From the NCBI GenBank assembly GCA_040902005.1, contig JBBDYA010000134.1:1-57522 (forward strand): a stretch of DNA of 57,522 nt, read 5' to 3'. The position numbers were made by a program, and so were the translations under genes. The notes beneath the pieces are model-generated. The model did no database searches. It saw only the letters and a list, made by a program, of their open reading frames with translations, and was not told the DNA's origin. This document shows positions 57,354-57,522 of the stretch, one piece after another (within the stretch, counting starts at the first letter, position 1; every line of letters begins with the position of its first letter). The DNA is from Gemmatimonadaceae bacterium (GTDB taxonomy: Bacteria; Gemmatimonadota; Gemmatimonadetes; Gemmatimonadales; Gemmatimonadaceae).

Positions 57354-57522
57354 GCGCAGCGCAGGTCAGCGCCCGCTCACACGTCGCGGCGCGGGGGTTG
57401 CAGCCCGAGGCACGGACCCAGCACGGCCATCATGATGACGCCGCGCCGCGGATCGATGGGATGGTCCAGGAGCGCGTGGCGGCTGCGACGTCGTCGCACC
57501 CGCGCCGGTGGGGGGGGGGGGG

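Noticed and set aside
57509..57522. Terminal poly-G
   Set aside because: At the window edge; may be a contig end or sequencing artefact and cannot be interpreted.
1..57522. tRNA, rRNA, riboswitch, toxin-antitoxin or known defence systems
   Set aside because: No recognisable signatures by eye; an Rfam or DefenseFinder run would be needed to exclude them fully.

Overview
GC-rich bacterial chromosomal window. Gemmatimonadota-like origin is inferred from the two PadR + ADOP-type permease pairs, the TIGR02999-type ECF sigma and many signal-peptide proteins. About 60 genes or gene remnants are present, covering efflux, stress, signalling, peptidases and metabolism. No rRNA, tRNA, CRISPR array, transposase or integron integrase was seen. 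Two structures stand out. (1) A decaying integron cassette array without an integrase (CALIN-like) at about 28.4-34.6 kb, possibly reaching 39.2 kb. It has two full-length attC sites (33957-34096, 34491-34588) and several attC sites collapsed to 21-33 bp or left as half-sites. It is interrupted by an opposite-strand block and contains several truncated or chimeric cassettes. (2) A compact flagellar-type regulatory module at 11.5-15.5 kb with no flagellar structural genes in the window. It comprises a sigma54 activator, a FliA/WhiG sigma with a candidate enhancer and -24/-12 promoter, and a small FlgM-like gene with a near-consensus sigma28 promoter. Other features are a 180-bp MITE-like inverted repeat, REP-like GNA-loop hairpin repeats, 13-bp tandem arrays, G/C tracts and several deletion scars. 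All family calls come from motif recognition by eye, not from database searches.
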